From: Catajapyx aquilonaris
Taxonomy: Eukaryota
Length of the DNA stretch: 64,000 bases
Reading direction: 5' to 3'
Assembly (NCBI GenBank): GCA_000934665.2
Contig: KZ538442.1
Location: forward strand, 1 to 64,000
Position 1 is the stretch's first letter. Each line of letters opens with the position of its first letter. The position numbers and the translations under genes were made by a program. The notes below the pieces were generated by a model, which saw only the letters and a list, made by a program, of their open reading frames with translations, did no database searches and was not told the origin of the DNA. Positions 24,001-38,100 of this stretch are shown here, piece by piece.

Positions 24001-27000
24001 TGAATATTTTTTGGGGGACTTGTTTTGAGTCAAACACAGGGGACTATATTAAATAAACAGATAGTATGGGCACATTTTAATCCTTTATCAACTGAGAAAC
24101 AAAATGATGAATGGAACATTTCACCCCCTGAGGTATGTCCATTCAAATTATTCAAATCAGGCAAATACAATGAAAATTTATTTGCAATCATAGTGATGAC
24201 TTCACAGATAACCTTAAATGTGGTGTCTAAGCAAGTGTCTAAGGTTGTGCAAACCTTTTGTCTCCAGTGTTGTGGGAAGAATTGCTGCAATATGCTGCAA
24301 AGCCTGCAATATGGTAATGGCCACGATTGCCTTTCACATGGAGTTTTGCCATATTGTCAATTCACAGGCATTTCTTGACTTTCCACTTTTGTAAACACAT
24401 TAATGCAATACCTTGGGTATATGTCATCCATACTCCAAGTGATCAGTCCAATGTTTTGGCAAGTTAAGCATCACTCTGCTGGTCATGTAGAACAAGGACC
24501 TACAAGGCTAGCTCAGTGAGTCTCACCATCTTAGGGAAATGCTACTTGTAACTTGTAAGTTCATTGGTTTTTTGTTTGTTTGAGTTGGCCAATGATCTGG
24601 GAGCATTTTCGTACCAAACCTATTAGTTTTTACTGAAGATACAGCCCCGAGCATAACTGCAGGCCTTCTCTGACCTTTCTTTATCCGACTCAAATTAATG
24701 GACTCTTTTTGGACTGAGTTAGCTGCTTTAGGCGTGTGTTCGTGTGTTTATAACAGTATATTTGATACCGTAATAGCTGAGATTGGCAGAGCACCCTGCC
24801 GTCTCCAACTTTATGCTCAGGACTGTGCAATACCCCATGAATTTGATGTTCATGTTTGCGAAGTTAACCCTTAACTACGTAGGTGGGCGAAACACCTTCA
24901 ACTGCGTAGGTGGAGCCTGAGAGGCTCCAATGGTATATTTAAATTTTTGCTTATCAACTAAATTGTTATATTGGACTTTTCACATACAGAAAGTGCGGGT
25001 CAGATCATTAGGCTTCCGAAAACGTAAAAATCACACGCTGAGTCAGCATATTCCGACATGGAAAAATTTTTAATTAAAAGGTTACATAATGCTTGAACCA
25101 CTCAGGCTTCACCTACGAGATATAGAGCCTGAGCGGTTCCAGGAGGGACCTGTTCCTCGCTACAAATTTTTTTAAACCAAAGAATAGGGACTAAAAAAAA
25201 ATTCTTTCCTTTTCATGCTTAGGAAGGTTTTTCTGACAAAGTCACGGAAGGACAGGGGAAAATAAAATTCAGTGAAAAAGTTACATGCGTTTAAATAGTG
25301 CTTGGAGCCTCTCAGGCTCCACCTACGAAGTTAAGGGTTAAAAACTGCATGCAAGACTTTACTGACAATCCTTGACCACATGTGGACATTTCTTGTAGTG
25401 ATGAGAACCAGATTGTGCTCATTCTTAGCTTTTGAGAACCAGTTATTGCACTTGACTTTTTGCAGATTGAGGAGTGTCTGCAGCAAGTAGTGGAAGAGTT
25501 GCAAGCAGTGAATAGTATCTTGTCTCGCACTGCACTTGGGGGTGGAAGGCAAGGTGGAAGCACAATGACAGCCCTGGATTCAAGCTTTCCATCAGGCCTG
25601 GACAGTGGCCTGAGTGGTGGGGCCTTGAGCAACTCGAATGCCACCAGTACAGCTACACTGCTCTCCAGTGACTCTGATGTAGTGGCAGGAACATCAGGGA
25701 GCAGTGCCTCAGCCAGCATTGCAGAATCCCTCTCTCACCAGGTATGCACAATTGTGTTTCAAAGTTGGAACCCACAATATTTGTTGGATTCCACATTAAT
25801 GTGTGTCACAAATTGGAATCATAATAATGCTGCAAAAGTGCATAATTTTTTCGATTGTAATTAGTCGAGTGGCTCATGGCACTTGGTTTTTTCAACCTTC
25901 AATTTTGCACATGAGTGGCTAACGTGATCTTAATGGCTAACCTTATTCTCTTTCAGCCAGTGCCAAGAAGTCACACAGTATCTCCACAGTGTGTTGCAGA
26001 AGAAGAGAAGGATTCATCTCTCCAGGAGGAGATTCGAGATGCCCTAGAGGCGTCAGTGTTGGTGTCATTCCTGCAGACCAAGCTTATCCAGGTGTCCTTT
26101 GCACGCATGTGTGCAGAGCACAAGGTGATAATTATACAATGTGTGACATAGTGGTGTATTTTGATGTGCCTGCAGTGATGATATCTTCTTTTTAGATATA
26201 TCATCTAATACTGGACATAGTAGAAGAAATGGGTGAGTACTCTAATTGGGAATTTGCATGTGTATTGCCTATTTTACCTGTACCCTAGGATCTCCCTACA
26301 CACAGTAATGAATTCTAGTCTTTACCATGCATTGTGGGTGTGATTTTTTTTCCTTCTCCATTTCTCTGGAGAGGGTTAAGTGACACCAGTGATGCTCCAG
26401 CTATACCAGCTCAGGAGGTGGTAAGAGCTAGAGGAGAGCGCTGACGTCACAGTATCACCAACTCGGTTTAAGACCTCAACTGGTACTTTGTACATATCTT
26501 GTTCCTAGTTGGCTGCTGGATCTGCAGGCTTTGCTCCTCTGCCTCACTCTTACCTGTGAGACTCTGTTATTACCAGAGCAAGGCATGTAGTAGCTGGATT
26601 GCAATTCATGTAATTTCTTGATTTTGTCCACTGTGCCAGTTTTTGCTGTCCTTTCCCTCCTCTCTTGTGTCATTTTGGCCTGAATCATCCTCCATGATGT
26701 TACCTACTCACTCTTCAGAAAAATGGAGGAACCAAAGCAACACATTCAAGGAATGAATGAAATATCCCACAATAGAGAGCGTTATTAACCCCTTCGCTAC
26801 CAGCTAGGCCAAAAACTATGCCTAGATTTTAGCTTACGCCTACTCTGAAGATAAAGGCAAGATATTTTAATAATAATTACAGCTATATTTACCCATTCAT
26901 AGGGAAAACACTGAATGTGTTGCGAACAATTTTACTCCTCTAGAAGTCCCTAAATTAATATCCAAAAAGACCACCTTAAAAACTCGAAATTGGAGTACTG

Positions 27001-28306
27001 CCAGCCAACGGTTAGGCTGATTAAATTATGAAATACTCCAAAATATACTGAACAACAACCTTGAGAACCATGCCAGACAAATTTGCTAAAATCGTAGTAC
27101 TTTGTAAGAAGTAAATTAATGCTTATATGCAGCTTTTTGACATTTTGGAAAACTCCCAAATTATATTGGAGTTTTCTGAAGTGCCAGCAAGCTGCAAATA
27201 AGTATTGATTTTATTTCTTGCAAAGTATGACGATTTAAGCAAATTTTTGTCTTGGTTCTGAAGGTTGTTGTTCTGTATATTATTGTGAATTTCATAATTA
27301 AATCAGCCTAACAGTTGACTGGCAGTACTCTAATTTCGAGTTTTTAAGGCAGTCTTTTTGGATATTAATTTAGGGACTTCCAGAGGAGTAAAATTGTTCG
27401 CAACACATTCATAGTGATTTCCATGAATTGATAAATATAGCTGCTATTACTTGTAAAATATCTTGTCTTTATCTTCAGAGTAGGCATAAGCTAAAATGTA
27501 GTCATTTTTGGCTTAGCTGGTAGCGAAGGGGTTAAAGGCTATGATGCACTGCCTAATCAGGAGGCTTTGTTCCATCCAGCTCAACAACCACAGCTGATGC
27601 AACTTCTGTGGAGACCAAGTGTGATACAGCAGGTCCAACCATTGCATGCCCTCTTGTTGGCTCTAGACCAGCAGGCAAACCAACACTCATCTTCCACTAA
27701 TGGCAGTGTGCCTAAGCCCACCGACCACCACTCAACCATCGACTTATCTACATCATCCTCATCATCCTCGACTGTTTCATCTTCTACAGCCTTCCCAGCT
27801 GCCACTTCTCCAACTGAAAACTCACACTCAAACAACAACTCACATTGCAAGAACTTCAAGTCACAGGAAGCCAAGCTTGCCAGGTAAAGTGGTGCTCCAC
27901 ATACAGTACCTCTAGTAACTACTTCACTTCACACTTGATTAACTGAATGCACCAGCACTTTTGTTGAATAATGCACTAAGATTAAGATAAGAGCAAGGGG
28001 CAGCGAAGACTACTGAAGAATATTGTTTTGGCTATACTGCAGGCTGTGAGTATTAAGCAACTGAGATATTGTGCTGTTATTTATGCATTCAGTAATTATT
28101 GTGAGGGAGCTGTACAAGAAGTGGATTGCAAAATATGCATTGACTAATAATTGATATTTGAAAGTTGAAATTTGAAAGTTCTCATGGAGCGACCTTGCTT
28201 TTTGCATTTCAGACGGGTGCACAATATTTGTGAAGAGCTGAGCGAAGCCATTCAGCACTTGGGACTTCGGGAAAATAACTGCTGGGAATCTTCTGGAAGT
28301 CAGTGA
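18100..28306 (+). CDS. UBE2Q-like ubiquitin-conjugating-fold protein, probably catalytically inactive, 834 aa; exons 18100-18289, 18347-18423, 19784-19833, 20234-20653, 21280-21622, 21940-22485, 25466-25741, 25957-26124, 26196-26232, 27580-27883, 28213-28306
   Basis: All ten introns are GT-AG and phase-consistent (2505 nt). RWD-like N-terminus (FTLCCPAGYP), acidic tract, then a UBE2Q-type fold: ILTNDL...VEPLDDNIFVWVVKL...SPLWSDL...ELRLEFALDLYPCFPPLVRVVRP...HWHPACSLKVALEDIK...ARID. First AATAAA after the stop is at 28750. Confidence 0.85.
20733..20992. mobile_element. 260-bp MITE-like element (intronic)
   Basis: 33-bp terminal inverted repeats GAATAGCCCAACAGAACAATGGCCCAACTCCAT / ATGGAGTTGGGCCCTTGTTCTGTTGAGCTATTC (2 mismatches), with a partial tandem copy of the TIR at ~20767-20792. 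No clear TSD. Confidence 0.65.
23263..23908. mobile_element. Diverged foldback/MITE-like inverted repeat (intronic)
   Basis: Arms of ~270 bp (TGTCATTTTTTGACTAGTTGCC...GGCAACTAGTCAAAAAATGACA; TTTATAATCCGAATTACTTC / GAAGTAATTCGGATTATAAA) around a short spacer. True termini and TSD unclear. Confidence 0.78.
24868..25337. mobile_element. Non-autonomous piggyBac-type MITE, 470 bp (intronic)
   Basis: TTAA on both flanks (24864-24867, 25338-25341). TIR CCCTTAACTACGTAGGTGG / CCACCTACGAAGTTAAGGG (1 mismatch); subterminal repeats of CGTAGGTGGAGCCTGAG. Confidence 0.9.
26789..27531. mobile_element. Fully palindromic piggyBac-type foldback MITE, 743 bp (intronic)
   Basis: TTAA flanks (26785-26788, 27532-27535), termini CCCCTTCGCTACCAGCTA / TAGCTGGTAGCGAAGGGG. 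Inverted similarity continues to the centre near 27160. Confidence 0.92.
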
Positions 28307-31300
28307 TTGTGCGACCTGAAGCCCTTGACTGGTAAGCCTAACAATGAGTTTGTGATGAAGAGCTGCAGCGGCTGGGAGGCCCGGAAGTGGTTTTAAAAAT
28401 CTTTTACTCTTATGATGTGTCTGTCTGCCAGTTTGCTCATAGTAGGCGAATTACCTGGACTTTAACCTGACATTGAAGGAGCATTTTGGGCTAAGTGCTG
28501 CCTGCAGAACTTGTCTGCTGGCGTGGCCTAACTCTCGTCACATGAAACCTGTTAGTAACTAACACATCAAATGATGTCAGGCGGAAGTCTATCTTCAGAA
28601 GGTGGAAGAAAAGCAACAAATCTTGTACTCAGTATATCAATGTAGTGCTACTCGCTGTCTCTCAGATCTGTCAAAATGGTACACTGCTATATTATGTCAC
28701 CATCTGTAGGAATCCCTTCAGTTAGCACACCTGTGAAAACATCCATATCAATAAAATAACATTCATGTATCAATGCTAGTTCGTATTCATGTGTTGAGAG
28801 TTGGACTGGTATGACTGCAATGGCAGTTTAAATCAGTAAGCTGACTCTGTTGTCATTTTTTTATAATTATGTCACAGCTGCATATAACATTAAGGTCGAG
28901 TTTTACCTAGAAACTCAATCTTGGTGCTTTGTGCAGATGTGATGTTTTCGAAACAATGGCATCACTTTTATCACCTTTTGTTAAAAGGTGAAATGACTTG
29001 TTTTATATTGTGAGTGTTACCAATAATCCTGCCCACAAAGTACTTCAGCAAATATAGCAAGCAGTAGAGCTTTTGGTTTGATGGGGACACTTATGTTTTT
29101 GGAGGAAGAATTGGGTGTGTTTGATTCATTATTGAGGAGGACACTTAATTGTTTGTGGTACTTTTTACCCATGATGAAGTTATCATCTTATTTTCTGTAT
29201 GTGTTAGCCACTGTGTTGCTGATACATGGAGGAGAGTGCAGGCAACATGTACTACAGAGTAGTTCAATTATTAGAACATTAATTTTTGTGACAATTTGAG
29301 GAAATGCTTGCATGGCAGTTTGTTCTTGTCACGTGACCTGAAGTTCCTTTTTATCTCTGGGATAAGTCCAGTCATACTCGGCCACATAGTACTTGTACAT
29401 TACATTATCAGGTAACGAGTGAGCAGGCTTATTGGACCTCACTTGTCAATGTTCAGGATAAAGTGGTCATTGCCATGAAATTTTTTATGAGGACTCAGAT
29501 AAACTTAATTAATATTTATAAATGGTGGTAGTAATTTATTTTTGTGTCAAGTTTATTGTGGATGAAGTAATTTGCCATTGTACGGGAAGTAATTCCTGCT
29601 GGCGGCTTCACACTCACCAATCATTCGCATGAAGGAGAGGCTACTTAATGATCTCTTGTTGCATCATGTTTTTAAGAGGGAAGCATGAGAGAATGTCCTG
29701 CAAGTTGAAGTTGTACAAGGTTGATTACTACTGCTGGTGGTGGGGTAAAATATTATCACGTTGCCTTTTCGTATTTCTTGAATTCTAGTGAACATTGCAG
29801 TGTACACTATAAGTTATTTATTTTATTTCATTTCAGTTTATTTTTATTTTTTGTTTCAAATATACCCCATGCTAAGCCTCTGTGGACTTCGTGCAAGTTA
29901 TGGGTTATCAAGATGATCGGAGTTAATTTTTTGTTCTGAAGTAGGGATGCTTAGGTTTATGGTGAGAATCAGATGGATCTAGAATCTCCATAAAGAGGAT
30001 GAAAGAGCATGTGAGACTGTATTGTGCTAACTGAAAGGATTAGGCGATTAGCATATGTTACAATATTAGGTTGTCAAAGGAAAGTGAGTGGATGACCCAT
30101 GTGCAGCCATGATGAACTGATTTTAATGAAAGTCGGAAGCATTTACAATAATAGTTTCTTTCTGGCAGTGTACTGTATGGACAATGGCAGGGCGTGAGTT
30201 CAGCCCATCCTTCTGACAGCAGTGCTTACCTCCTGTTAGCTTTATTATGCAATGACATGCAATTTATAAAGCCTTGGCGACGTGGGTGTTTGCCTGACTG
30301 TCTGCATAAGGGCAAGATGTGCATTAGATTGCAACTGTGTCACTGCCATCCTGACAATTCTCAGTCATTGAGGAAGAGGGATGCAGGATTGTACGAAGTT
30401 ATGAGTTGGATCATTTTCATCTACTATTGCATTAAATTCTTTGCCTCTGCCTGCAACATCTTTACTATACTAACAGAAAGACTCTTTCAGAGTTGCTTCT
30501 TTTGATGCGTCGGTACTAAATTTAATTGGGACTTCAGTGGTCACGGTCACTTTCACTTGAACGACCTAACAAAACATTGTGTTCACCTTCCACTTCTGTA
30601 GAAATGTCACATTATTCATCGAAGAAGCTGCATATTTAAAAAGTATGGCACAAAAATTGAGCCTTGCCTTCCTGTTGTTATTGTTATGCCATATTTCAGT
30701 GTTGGTGACATAATTGCAGATACTTACCTTGAATATCGTTCTAATACCTATGCACCTGTTTGTGACAACATAACTTACCAGTACCACTGAAAATAGTCTC
30801 ACCCTTTCTCTGTTTTCACAATCACACCAGTGAATATCTAATGATTTTCTACTTTCTCTTTTCCCACAATTGCATATATTAACTGTGTGCATTGTTACTG
30901 CAGTATATGTGAGCTATGTTGTTACTATGGCTTTTCCAGCTTGTGACACATTTTCTGCTGTTTTGGTGGACTTTTGCAGGCTTAGGCTCGTCTGGAATGA
31001 TTTGGACAATGTCTGTGATAATATTTATTATTCATTACTGAAATTTAGCCCTGTTTGATTGTGATCTAGTGTCATATTGTTGTGGGGGGTTGGCTTATTT
31101 ATTTCATTAGGGGACCTTTCATCTGCATCTGCTGATGTCTGCATTCTATAAGTATGTTTGAATGATGTCGCACCTGATAAATGCTGTCGTTAACTTAGTT
31201 ACCCCAGGTGGAAGGTCCCCTTGATTATTGGGATATTCTTATAGGCGATGGTGGTTTATTCCTGCAAAATGCAGCCAGATGTTATTGAATAGGAAATAAA

Positions 31301-32949
31301 TTTTCTTCATTCACACTAGACTTTTTGTTTCCCTTTGATCCAACATTGCTGCTTGTCTGATTCCAAGAATTTCAGGTGTGAAGATTGTTGCTTTGTCCAT
31401 AGCTCTGGATGTGCAGGAATGCCAGGTGGTCAAGGATGCCATCACATAAATCGTAGCATTTTGGTATGTCGAAACGAGTGAATCTTTCTTGCTGATCACT
31501 TGCATCACGTTTGATTACAGTAAATTTCTATTCATGATGCATTCAATTTTATTCTCACATTCTACTTTTTCACTCATTTCACTTCCATTCATTTCAAGTC
31601 ATCCCTTGATCATTCAGTAGAACTTCACCTCCCATATGCCTGAATTCACTAATTGAGTGGAGCCCATTACTGGGCACAATATAAGTATTCCCAGCTATTG
31701 GGAGGTGAGGTGTTTCTGTGGTAACACACAATATGTGCCCACAGATGGAAGGATCCCTGAGTTGATCCCTAGCCTGGATCATCATTCTCTTCTTTCATCT
31801 TATCAGGAGTTTGGTCATCTCTGGCTGCATCTCAGGTGGGATTTCTGCACGACTAACCACCTGGGGAAATACACAAACTGATGGAGACTGACATTGCCCT
31901 TGCACTGCCTCTTCCATCACCTTAACTTTCCCATGGGCCTGGGCTCTTCAAGATCTCTACCACTGACTCAACAATAAAATGTTGTGAAACCTCACCCGAG
32001 TCATCATTTCCGGTTATTGAAACTAGTGATGGGGAAAACGCGTTATTTTGTTGGAATGTTGACAGATTTGGTGCACCAAGCAGGAAGTTCAAGTGTTCTT
32101 GTTAGTGTTGTGATTGTATTGTGTCTTCAATGGAAATGTCATACTTTTTGCCCACATTCTTTCTAAGAATATAGAAAATGCCATCTACAGCAGTGTCACA
32201 TATCAATATCACATGCTTCTTCTGTGACCAGTCTATCACACTATTGCAATGAATGAATAATCAACAATGGTTTAAAATTGCATGGTATTAACACAGTCTG
32301 TGTATTTTAATTAAAAAGGCAACGTCGCGTCGCCCAGATGCATACCTGCCAAGTTATTTTATACCTTCTGTTTAAAGCCTGTCACATTGGTAACAAATCT
32401 GCAGACACTTAACTACATGAAATGATCATGATTCTGTTGTGCAGATCATTCCTGAATGTTAATTGAATCATTGCAAAACAGAGTTGTCACAATATGTGGC
32501 ACCTCCTGTCAAATGCTTACAATGACAAAACTCAGCATGCAATTATCTTATAGTGGGTTGGAAGCATGGTTGGAAGAGAGAACTTATACGTAGGCCCTAC
32601 AGCAAAGCGCCTTGACCTATATGAAACAACTTATCCTGATGTGAATTAATGAAATGACAGATGACTTTAAAGTTCCGCGTGAATAATTCAACGCCAGATA
32701 AAGTGAAATTATGATGTTATTACCAAGCGGTCTCCAAAAGTTTGGCCTGAACTTAACACTACCCGTACTCAAGTTTATTACTGTAGTGTCGTCCCAGCGG
32801 GCACATGTCTGGTGTAAGTCAGATTTACGGCCTCTGCCAACGTCAGAAGTCCTCCAGAATGAGAAGTCAGAACCGCGTTATTGTGTCACGATGTCAGCTG
32901 TCCTGCAAACTATACTCTGCTTGATAACGGTCAGAGTAACTCGGCTGTC

Positions 32950-33660
32950 GGTGTCCTTTTTGCAATCTCCTAGTCACTAGATAGTTGTCTCCAGCCACCA
33001 ACTGTTGAAAAGTTAGCAGGATGAAAAGCCTGGAGCTAGAATTATTAAGTTGAAGACATAGCCCAGACTGGCCCCTATGGAAAACCTGCCCTTTACTCGG
33101 TACGCCATTGAATTTTCTCACGGGGCATGTTATGAGTTGATGCTTCCTGAGAGAGATGAGTTGTGCGAAAATGGCCTTCATTTCTGGGGGGAAGGATACA
33201 GCTTATGATTCTTCTATCGCCTCGATGCTGCAGCCAATCGATGTCCAGTCGTGGCATTTGACTGGAGTCATGTGTGGCCAGTAGAAAGCATGGCGGAGCG
33301 TTCGGTTAAAAGGGGCGGCAAGACTTACGACCGGCGTAAGCCCAGTTTAATCCCGGCGACGTGGCCCTAAGCCCTTCTGGAGTGGCAGGGGGCGACGGAG
33401 GGCGCCGGCGTCGATCCACGACGCCCTCCCCCATCGCCATTGGAGGGAGGCCAGAGGGGGGTGAGTGACGGCAGTGGGCGTCGGGCGGCGTCTCAGCTCG
33501 GTGGGGTGCAGGTCCGGACCTGCTCACAAAAACTGCGTGACCCGGTCGGATTGTGTTCTGGTGCTATAAGGACCATCTCTCGAGATCAGTGGACGCAAAC
33601 ATTTTCTTCACCTGATCCCCCTGCTCGGGTGTTAAACACTTGGTTGGACGGACAGTCCAT
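32950..33660 (-). pseudogene. Decayed Ty3/gypsy-like pol fragment (end of RNase H to integrase)
   Basis: Minus-strand translations SGEENVCVH*SR (~33590; cf. GxxNxxADxLSR), LRHAFYWPHM (~33285; integrase zinc-finger region) and EMKAIFAQL (~33170) lie in the expected order and spacing, with stops and frameshifts. Boundaries approximate. Confidence 0.45.
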
Positions 33661-35044
33661 AGATTGGTGGACGCTCAAAGTGTGGTGCCACAAGGAGAGG
33701 CCCTAAGGACAGCTAGAGCCAGGTCAGGATGCTGATGATTTGTGTATCGTCTATAGTGAGTCTAGAGAGTGGATCAACTGTGATAGAATCACATGGGGGC
33801 ACATCTGACTTGATGGGAGGCATGCACGTGAAGACCACCATCAAGGCGGAGATAGGTTCGATGTGATCTGCCAAGGAGTGGTTACCTCCACCGTCCAGAC
33901 TAGGGCTCTGAATGAATGAATAAATAGACTAGACTGCAAAATAGTGATATGTACTGGTGTGTACGCACTTTTATTGCAGATAGTGGTTAGTGTTGCAGTG
34001 TGCGGGTTTACTTGCGCTGCAGTTGCAGATAACCGCACAGTTAATTGAATTGAAAGCGAACTCTATGCACTATAGTAGAGTAGAGTGGTGAGCCTCCGCA
34101 GAGGCGTCTATATGATATATATTATGTGGGGAAAGTGGTTGTGGGCCAGCGTGTTGTGGAGGGCGGTTGAACATGTTAATTAAAATATGCACGCAAAAAA
34201 TATAAAAGCGGGCAAGGCAATATCATGCTTTATATGGTGACAATAAACGAGCAGTAAGCCGTGTTCTATGCATTATTGCGAGCAAATAAAGAGAATCCAT
34301 AATCATCACCCGTTTTATTCGTTGTCAGCACTGCAGGGTGGACACGACTCCACGCAGTAAATTTCATGGGGGAGAAGCGTGGTTTGCGCAAACGGTCTGC
34401 GGCCACAGGAGATGACGTTAGCTGTTATGCAAATTTAAATAATTTCAATGGCTATTTTGGAAGAATCATTGGATTGAATTGCTGACTCAAATCATTTTTC
34501 TCATGGTGTGCAATGAATTTTGAAGGTGCCAACCAATAAGGGGCAGTTCATAGGTCACTTTCCAGAGTGCTCCAGAGAAATTCCTCATCGTCCCTTCCAA
34601 GAATCCGGAAAATTTCTTCATCATGCATGCTGGAGGAGAATTCCTAATCTATAGGGTGGTATGCAGGCTGGTGGGGGTGTCCGTGACACCATTTTCCGAA
34701 AATAAATGATTTTAGATGACGTCTCAATCCCTGTAATTGCCTCGTGCTCGAGAAGCAGGTTACCCTCGCACCCTAACCAAAATTTTCCTACCCAGACCAC
34801 GTTTCTCCAAAGAGTTGAAACTAAGGCAGCAGCAGCAGCATGTGGTTGGAAAAGTTGGGAGAGAAGCCAGTTGCGACCCTAGTTTGGGCAAAATTATTAC
34901 TTCTTCATGGGTCCTGGGAAGAGAAAATAATGTGTTGTCCTTTACACTTTGGGAGGTAGGTCGCCTGGGTTGTGCAGCATAAAATTTATGCCACCAAAAA
35001 AAGGAACCAAGTTACTGTATGTATGAGCAAATTGTGATTGGCAT

Positions 35045-35068
35045 ATAATAATAATGATAATAATAATG

Positions 35069-35134
<66 letters not shown>

Positions 35135-35149
35135 GTAATAATAATAATA
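35045..35149. repeat. (TAA)n microsatellite
   Basis: Long, slightly imperfect trinucleotide run. Confidence 0.95.
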
Positions 35150-38100
35150 GGGAATGTCGTGGTTCGAAGGTCTAATCACACTAGGTCGAAATTGGTTACA
35201 CGAATTAAGCAGATTCCGATAGAATGAATTATTCATAAAATGATAGTCACAGGTGCAATAGCCTTTTGTATTGGGATTGGGACCAATGATTCATCAGGTT
35301 CGGTTGAGCACATGTTGCACATAATTCAGATATTTTAAATAATTTACTTTGGTGATCTAATTAACAAACTGGAATGGTCAAAATTGGTCAATAGTGTGCT
35401 GGGTTGTTTGTATTTTTAATGCTCCATGGATATTACAATCCGGCACTGTTTAATCAAGTTAATTAGGAAATAGTGGGTTCCAACAATGCATATTTAATTT
35501 GGTGCTTTACATCGATCACCCTCAGGCTGGAGATGAGATTGAACGCAGACTACAAAATATAATATTTACGAGGCAAGTGCCGACAAATACTAAGGGGGAT
35601 ACAATTATGCTGATGCTTGTCGTACGGACATGATCAGCAAAGTTTCCTGCGCACTCGCATTAACACGTAATTAATCCTCGTTACTGTACCCTATAAGTGT
35701 AACACATTGCAAATCTTACCTGTCAGGATATATAGCATTGTCCATGAATATTTAACTACACGGCCAGTGGAATTAACAACGTTTTGTGAAATAACAAGCA
35801 AGCTCCGTGTTAAAAGTATAACATTCGCTGCAGCAATAGCAATACAGTGTAAAAGCAAGCGTTAAACTTTTTATTGCACATATGAAAGCACGCCGCTTAT
35901 GTAGTGCGTTTCCGTGTTATTCAATAGCGAAAAAACAATCCATGCTGTACATGACGTGCCCATTACACACATTTTAATAGCACCACACCCAACGGCTCCT
36001 GCCCCATCCCCGAGTTAATATTCCCCCATATATTATGTCAATTCAAAACCTCACTGGGGGGAATCCTGTATCAGTCGAAGCTTACGGGTGGGAAAATCCC
36101 CATCGGAGATGACGGCATGTAACCAAAACGATTTGTTAATCTCACGCGTAATTTAAACGTAACGATCCCCCCCAAATTTCAAGTTCGATTTATGCATATG
36201 ATTGGCAGTCCTGAAAATCTCTCAAATATTGTTTCCAGCTACTGTTTTAAAGCATCTGGTATGTATACCTAAAACTACATAAAATGTATAGGGTTAACGA
36301 AACCGCTGTACACTTAATCCGACAAATCGAATGGAAGCTAATGCAAACTGAGCTAACCGAGTGAAAAGTCCCTGGAGGCACGCCCCTCCAACTGCTACTG
36401 TATACTGGAGGGTTGCCTTGGGACCACAGTTTTTTTTTTCTTTCTTTCTTTTCTTCTCTACTTTTTTTGAAGGGGGGGGGGCTCCGTAAATTGCTGCGGT
36501 CCCCGAACCGAATAAGATAAGGCTGCTTGGCACCGCATTACCGTATCGATTAATATTTAACGAGGAAGATCTATACCTTCAACATAGTTCCCCCCCCTCC
36601 AGCCAAAAACTGACTGATAAAAGTCCTCTGCTTCCACATCAGCCCCAACCACCCCATTCAAGACCTATATCCTACCAAGCTAAGTACCGGAGAAACCCAC
36701 CAGATTTATTCGGGGAGTGTAACTATAGGAATATTGGGAGAGTAATGGAAGATCAAAAGTCGATGAGGGATTAAGGGCATTTTTTTTTCTGGCTGATACT
36801 GTCCAGTATTGGGCCCTTTAACCGATGATTTATGCGTGTTATTAAATTCTGTTGGAGTTATGGTTGTCGGCAATTACTTGCAATAATGACCTTGAAAACA
36901 AATTTTTACACAGAATTGATTCCCATTTGGCCAGTTACATACACAAGTCTGCGGTTACGCACACCATAAGGCCCTCCAGGGGGAAAAAAAAGTGGATTGT
37001 AGTCGATTATCTTACTCACATTGCATGTGTAACTGTACTTTTACTGTAAAAGCAACCGCAGTATAAATAATGGAATTGGGTCATAACTCGGTGCAGTCAT
37101 TTTGTTGTTGTTGTTGTGGCCATTAGAGCTGCTTCATTGCACTCGCTGAAAATGTGTGCGGGATAAAGTCGGTGTGCAAAATGCATATTGTGTGCAGTTA
37201 GTAATTAAACATTTGGCTTCCGATTTTTAAATATTCAAATTAGTGCCCCCATATACAGGCCCACACTATGCTTCTTCGTGCGTATGACTTTTAGCTACTT
37301 TGTATATACGGTAAGTTCGTAAACATTTTTTCTGAGCACTTTCAACGTGAACATTCGGTGAAGTCTTGCCTTTAAGTTAACAGAGACCCCGAGCAGTTTC
37401 AGTGTACCAAAAGTAGATTTTCCTCTTCTGTTTATCCCTGTGACAATGGACATCTTTGATTTGCGCACCAATCCTCGTTGTGATTTGGGACCTTTGTTCG
37501 CCATTGTACTGTAATGCTATTACCCCTCGAATTAATTGAAATAACCGGCAGGGGATGCATAAAAATCCGCAGTGGGTTGGTACGTAATTAGCTATTTCTT
37601 TTTCAGGTAAAATGCTAATCAGTTTATACCGTATATGGAAGCCAAGCACAATATAAATGTCGCACAAGTTTTAATCTGAGCGTATATAGTTGCTTTATTC
37701 CCAGCACCTGAGTTGTCTAGTTGGGGGGAGGAAAATAAGGTGAGATAGAAAAAAAAATCAAGTCTAGTGATCGATGGAGTGTGTATCCAGGGAGCTGACC
37801 TTGTTAGCTGTCCTTTCTCCATTTTTGGCACTAGTTTTGTGCTTTGTTGGAAATTGGATTTGCATGCAAGTGGGAGCGTCGGTCGGATGAGGTCCTCGGG
37901 GGGCTTTTCTGTCTGCTGCCTGGAACATCCGCAGCTCTACTTCCCCCCCCNNNNNNNNNNNNNNNNNNNNNNNNNNCCCCCCCCCCCCCCCATCTCTCTC
38001 GTAACCCAAGTTGACCCGAAATACACAATTCCATAAGTTTAACTCAAGTGGAGCCCCAGGTGGCCCAAATGCCGTTAGGCGGAACAGCTACAGCATATCT

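Noticed and set aside
33845..34170. Possible LTR next to the gypsy-like fragment
   Set aside because: No second copy, clear TG...CA boundaries or convincing primer-binding site.
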